Shown here piece by piece: positions 25,523-29,589 of a stretch of DNA of 29,589 nt. The stretch spans positions 1 to 29,589 of the IMG/VR virus record IMGVR_UViG_3300044616_000248. The stretch is one strand, 5' to 3'. The notes beneath the pieces were generated by a model. It had not been told where the DNA came from and did no database searches. It saw only the letters and a list, made by a program, of their open reading frames with translations. Made by a program: the position numbers and the translations under genes. Numbering within the stretch: position 1 is the first letter of the stretch; each line of letters starts with the position of its first letter. Origin of the DNA: a virus. Taxonomy: Duplodnaviria > Caudoviricetes.

Positions 25523-26580
25523 TGGATTTTAATTACACATTAAGATATAGAACCTTTGATGAATTATTACATGATGTAATGATTGATTTCAGTACTTTCT
25601 CTTTAGAGAATATGATTGAACCTCAGCAGTTAATTAAACTTGTAAAGAAGATTAACTATGATCTTGGTTTAAGAATTAATCAAACAAGAGAAGTAATTTT
25701 AGATGTATCACACGGTAATGTAAAACTGCCAGATGATTTCTATACATTTAACTTTGCATCAATTTGTGGACATTTTACAGAACATCTTGGTTATGATGGT
25801 TATGTAGGTGGTACAAATATTCAAGAAGTACCGTATGTTGAAACACCCGCCACAGTAGATGTATGTGCACCTATTACTGTAAACTGCTCTGTATGCAACG
25901 CAAATCCATGCAATCATACTGCGGCATGTCCAGACAATACATGTCCTGCTACATGTGTTCCTGATCCTATTCCTACAGAATATAATCCTTTAGCTCCTTA
26001 TGGAGATGTTTGTACAAGACCAAGAGTCTTTATGAATTGCAAAGGAGATAAGTATGAACTTATTCAAGTTATTAGTAATCCTGGTGTAACAAGAGTATAT
26101 ACACAATTGCTTCCATTAAGAATGAGAGCAAGTGAAAATATAGAATGTGAGTGTCCAAACTTATATTGGAATACTTCCAATGAAGGCTGGATTAAAGGAG
26201 GATTTTTATTTACCACATTTGATACAGGTAAAGTATATTTAAACTACCAGGGTCAAATGGAAGATGAAAATGGTAACTTATTAGTTCCTGATCATGATCT
26301 TCTTAATGAATACTATGAGTATGCACTTAAGTCTAGAATACTTGAGAACTTATATATGAATGGAGAAGATGTTGCACAAAGAATACAGTTAATAGAACAA
26401 AGACTAAGATCTGCAAGAAATGCTGCATTAAGTCTTGTTAATACACCAAACTTTAGAGAAATGGCTCAAATGTGGTGGATAAATAGAAAAGCTATGTATA
26501 GTAAGTACTATGATATGTTTAAATCATATGATTTACTTAGAGGATATAATAGAGTACCTGGGTCCAATACAATATTATAA
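25522..26580 (+). CDS. putative tail tubular/ring protein with Cys-rich insertion
   Basis: VKLPDDF...GKVYLNYQG..EDENGNLLVPDH..LNEYYEYALK pattern. Immediately precedes the muzzle gene. Confidence 0.65.
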   Translation: MDFNYTLRYRTFDELLHDVMIDFSTFSLENMIEPQQLIKLVKKINYDLGLRINQTREVILDVSHGNVKLPDDFYTFNFASICGHFTEHLGYDGYVGGTNIQEVPYVETPATVDVCAPITVNCSVCNANPCNHTAACPDNTCPATCVPDPIPTEYNPLAPYGDVCTRPRVFMNCKGDKYELIQVISNPGVTRVYTQLLPLRMRASENIECECPNLYWNTSNEGWIKGGFLFTTFDTGKVYLNYQGQMEDENGNLLVPDHDLLNEYYEYALKSRILENLYMNGEDVAQRIQLIEQRLRSARNAALSLVNTPNFREMAQMWWINRKAMYSKYYDMFKSYDLLRGYNRVPGSNTIL

Positions 26581-29500
26581 TGGCAAAGAATATCCAGAAT
26601 ACATCTCAAAATGTTACTAATACATTTATAAAAGGTCTTAATAAAGACTCTGATCCTTCATTTGTACAAGAAGGAATGTGGACACATGCACGTAACGCTT
26701 CTAATAATACTATAGAAGGTAACTTAGGCACATTATCTAATGAAGCCTCTAACTTTTTATGCATTACAACTGGTGCTACAATGCCAGCATTTGGTACCAA
26801 TCCTGTTGTAACTAAATATATTGTTGGAGCAATACAGTTATTTTCAGATAAATGGATTGTATATACGGCAGGTCATGATGCTAATGGAGTATCAATCATG
26901 TCAGAAATTGGTTTATTAGAAGAAGAAAGATGCATCTATAGACCTATTGTTCAAGATGAATGTCTTGGTTTTGATAAAAGATTTTTAATATCTGGTTCTG
27001 CAAGAGAAAAAGAAGATTGTTCTTGGCAAGTATATTGGGCAGATGGATTAAACCCTGATAGAATATTAAATGTTGGAGATCCACAAACTTGGCCAGATAG
27101 TTCATTTCAATGGGAAGCTAATACACTAATCAATCCTAATCAATCATCATATAATAGTGTTATTAACTATTATGTAGATTCTAATGGTGATAGAACACTA
27201 TGGCCAGGTGTAGCATGGATTCAGGATTGTGATCCATCTCCTGCTTGTACAATTTGTTTTGATACTAATGAATTAGATTGTAATGCAATTAGATTAGCAA
27301 GATTAGTAAAAACTCCATGCTTAAATGTAAAACTTGGTGAAGCTGGTGGTAACCTTAGAAATGGTACATACTTTGCTACTCTTGCTTATGCAATAAAAGG
27401 TCAAAGAGTTACTGATTATTATTCTCCAAGTAATACTCAACCTATTTATTTTCCAGATGATCTTCAAGGTGCATTAACTATTGATGTAGAAGCTGATACA
27501 GAAAACTTTGATGAGTTTATTTTAGTTGTAGTACAAAATATTAATCAAGGCACTCTTGCTAAAGAGATTGGAATATATTCTACTAAGACTAATTCAATTG
27601 AGTTAGATCAAATAAAAGATGAACTAATAACTGTACCATTAGAAATTATTCCAATTAGTAATCCAGTTTATGAAACATCTGATCAAATTACAGATGTGAA
27701 CAATTACTTGTTAAGAGTTGGTCCAAGATCTAAGTTTGATTTTAACTATCAACCTTTAGCTAACATAATTAGAACTAAATGGGTTTCTGTAGAATATCCT
27801 GCAAACTATTATGTTAAAGGAGGGAATAAAGGAAGTTACCTTAGAGATGAGGTATATGCATTCTTTATTCGTTGGGTCTATGATACAGGTGATAAATCTG
27901 CATCATACCATATTCCAGGAAGATATGCAAAAGACTATACATACATAAGAAGTGGTTCTAATGTTCAAATAAGTTCTAACGAAAGAGGAAGTGCAATAAT
28001 AAATGGTATAGAAGATTTTAACACACTTACTGCTTCGGATCAATTATTTGAAATGTATAATACTGGTAACCTTAGTGGTAACCCTGCTATATTAAATACT
28101 ATTTTACCGGATGGAGGAAAAGTTATAGCAAGTGGTGAAATGGGTTACTGGGAGTCTAGTGAAATATATCCAGATAATCAACCTGAAATTTGGAATTCAA
28201 GTGAGCACTGTTGGACAGGAATAGATGGGCATACACAAATTACAGATCCACAAGGTAATACATATTATCCAAATGATTTGTGTGGTGTTAACATTAGACA
28301 TCATAAATTTCCAGATAATTATTTAAGTCCTAAAACTCTTCACTATGAAGCTGCTGCAGGACAAAATGATCCTAATCTTTTAAAGATTAGATTCATGGGA
28401 GTTATGTTTGAAAACATTGCTTTGCCAAAGGATAATGAAGGTAATGATATACCAGGTATTGTAGGTTATGAAATATTAAGAGGTTCTAGAGAAGGTAACC
28501 GTAGCATTATTGCTAAAGGTATGATTAATAACTTTAGAACTTATGAAATTAAAGGAGATGTTGCTAGAGATAGATTAGGTTTATATGCTAACTATCCATT
28601 CAATACTATCAAGTCACCAATGAATACAGGATCAGGAACTGATCATAATATTGGTTTTAATGATCCTTACATAAAGACATCTCCTTATCAACAAACTGTT
28701 CCTAAAGAAATTATTAGTTTCCATTCTCCAGATACTATGTTTAGAACTCCTTTCTTGGAGTCAACAGAACTTAAGTTGTATGGAGCTATTTCTGGTTGGT
28801 CAGATCAAAATTTTCAACAACCAAGTCAACATCCTAAGTTTAAATTGCTTAGTGATCTGACAATGGTATTTGCTTTTGCTGCTGGTGTAGCTGAAGGTTT
28901 AATTTCAATGCTTGGTAAAAAAACAATTACTCAACCAGGAGCAAGTTTTACATCACAAGCAATTCCAAATATTGCTGGAACTTTTCTACCTATGCCTCCA
29001 GGTGGTGGATCAATTACAACAACTCCGCAATGGGCTCCTACATCAACATTGCCAGCAGAACAAGTTACAGGTAATCCAAATTTACCAAATGCCTATCCAA
29101 CATCTTATTTTTCTAAATTAACTAACTATTTTAATTTAGGACAAATATTTACAAACACAACTCAAGTAACCAATACAGTTGAAGAAATTTTTAATGACTT
29201 TAACTGGCAAATGGGTTTTATGAATGGAGGTACTTTTACAGCACCTTCCATTGATACTGATTTATCAGCTGCTGTATTTTTAGGAGGAGCAACTGGACAA
29301 GCTGTATTATCTGCACTTGGTATAGCAAATAAATTCTTATACTACTTTGCAGAAGGTACTGATGTAGCATTACAAGCAATATATGCTTTTATCAAATATG
29401 ATCAGTATGCATTGCAAATGATATCTCATGGTCTTTATGATTCATTTATATCTCCTGCAAGTTTACAAACATCAATTGTAAATGGATCTCCAGTTCTTGA

Positions 29501-29589
29501 TGCATACATTACAAGATTTAAAATTGGAGATGCATTTTATATCAGAGATAATATACAAGAAGTACAAACATTTGGTCCCCCAGCATCTC
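26580..29589 (+). CDS. tail stabilisation/muzzle protein, crAss-like (3'-truncated by window; absent from ORF track)
   Basis: ATG overlaps the previous TAA (TAATG). Reads MAKNIQNTSQNVTNTFIKGLNKD...YWADGLNPDR...YLRDEVYAFFIRWVYDTGDKSASYHIPGR...IRHHKFP...GYEILRGSR. Appears open to the window end (~1000 codons). Confidence 0.8.
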   Translation, partial: MAKNIQNTSQNVTNTFIKGLNKDSDPSFVQEGMWTHARNASNNTIEGNLGTLSNEASNFLCITTGATMPAFGTNPVVTKYIVGAIQLFSDKWIVYTAGHDANGVSIMSEIGLLEEERCIYRPIVQDECLGFDKRFLISGSAREKEDCSWQVYWADGLNPDRILNVGDPQTWPDSSFQWEANTLINPNQSSYNSVINYYVDSNGDRTLWPGVAWIQDCDPSPACTICFDTNELDCNAIRLARLVKTPCLNVKLGEAGGNLRNGTYFATLAYAIKGQRVTDYYSPSNTQPIYFPDDLQGALTIDVEADTENFDEFILVVVQNINQGTLAKEIGIYSTKTNSIELDQIKDELITVPLEIIPISNPVYETSDQITDVNNYLLRVGPRSKFDFNYQPLANIIRTKWVSVEYPANYYVKGGNKGSYLRDEVYAFFIRWVYDTGDKSASYHIPGRYAKDYTYIRSGSNVQISSNERGSAIINGIEDFNTLTASDQLFEMYNTGNLSGNPAILNTILPDGGKVIASGEMGYWESSEIYPDNQPEIWNSSEHCWTGIDGHTQITDPQGNTYYPNDLCGVNIRHHKFPDNYLSPKTLHYEAAAGQNDPNLLKIRFMGVMFENIALPKDNEGNDIPGIVGYEILRGSREGNRSIIAKGMINNFRTYEIKGDVARDRLGLYANYPFNTIKSPMNTGSGTDHNIGFNDPYIKTSPYQQTVPKEIISFHSPDTMFRTPFLESTELKLYGAISGWSDQNFQQPSQHPKFKLLSDLTMVFAFAAGVAEGLISMLGKKTITQPGASFTSQAIPNIAGTFLPMPPGGGSITTTPQWAPTSTLPAEQVTGNPNLPNAYPTSYFSKLTNYFNLGQIFTNTTQVTNTVEEIFNDFNWQMGFMNGGTFTAPSIDTDLSAAVFLGGATGQAVLSALGIANKFLYYFAEGTDVALQAIYAFIKYDQYALQMISHGLYDSFISPASLQTSIVNGSPVLDAYITRFKIGDAFYIRDNIQEVQTFGPPAS

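Noticed and set aside
19815-29121. Shadow ORFs 19815-20021, 22957-23172, 26606-26800 and 28912-29121
   Set aside because: They overlap better-supported + strand genes. The last two lie inside the muzzle gene that the track missed because it has no stop in the window.

Overview
A gene-dense, AT-rich stretch of a crAss-like (Crassvirales-type) tailed phage. All credible genes are on the + strand and use the standard genetic code. It carries the virion morphogenesis module in crAss-like order: HTH, HU/IHF-like, Zn-binding and PD-(D/E)XK nuclease genes, then large terminase, portal, scaffold-like protein, major capsid protein, a block of small lysine-rich proteins with an inserted AlkB-like dioxygenase, a ring/adaptor protein, a ferritin/Dps-like protein, Cys-rich structural and fibre proteins, a second IHF-like protein, two ring/tail-tube proteins, and a tail stabilisation (muzzle) gene that runs off the 3' end. 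A-rich leaders without Shine-Dalgarno sites and TTTG/TAnnTT promoter-like elements suggest a Bacteroidota host. Three signals stand out. (1) A 3'-UTR hairpin at 24167-24191 has an 11-nt loop that is the exact reverse complement of an AAACCAACAAA box found at the start codons of four genes, making it a candidate trans-acting phage sRNA. (2) About 20 copies of a [Y/M/A]xxGG peptide motif are shared by otherwise unrelated small basic proteins, a candidate capsid-packaging or cleavage tag. (3) A YTTG-N20-TAWATTA element recurs with fixed spacing before the structural gene blocks. Family assignments come from motif recognition and synteny by eye; no database search was run.
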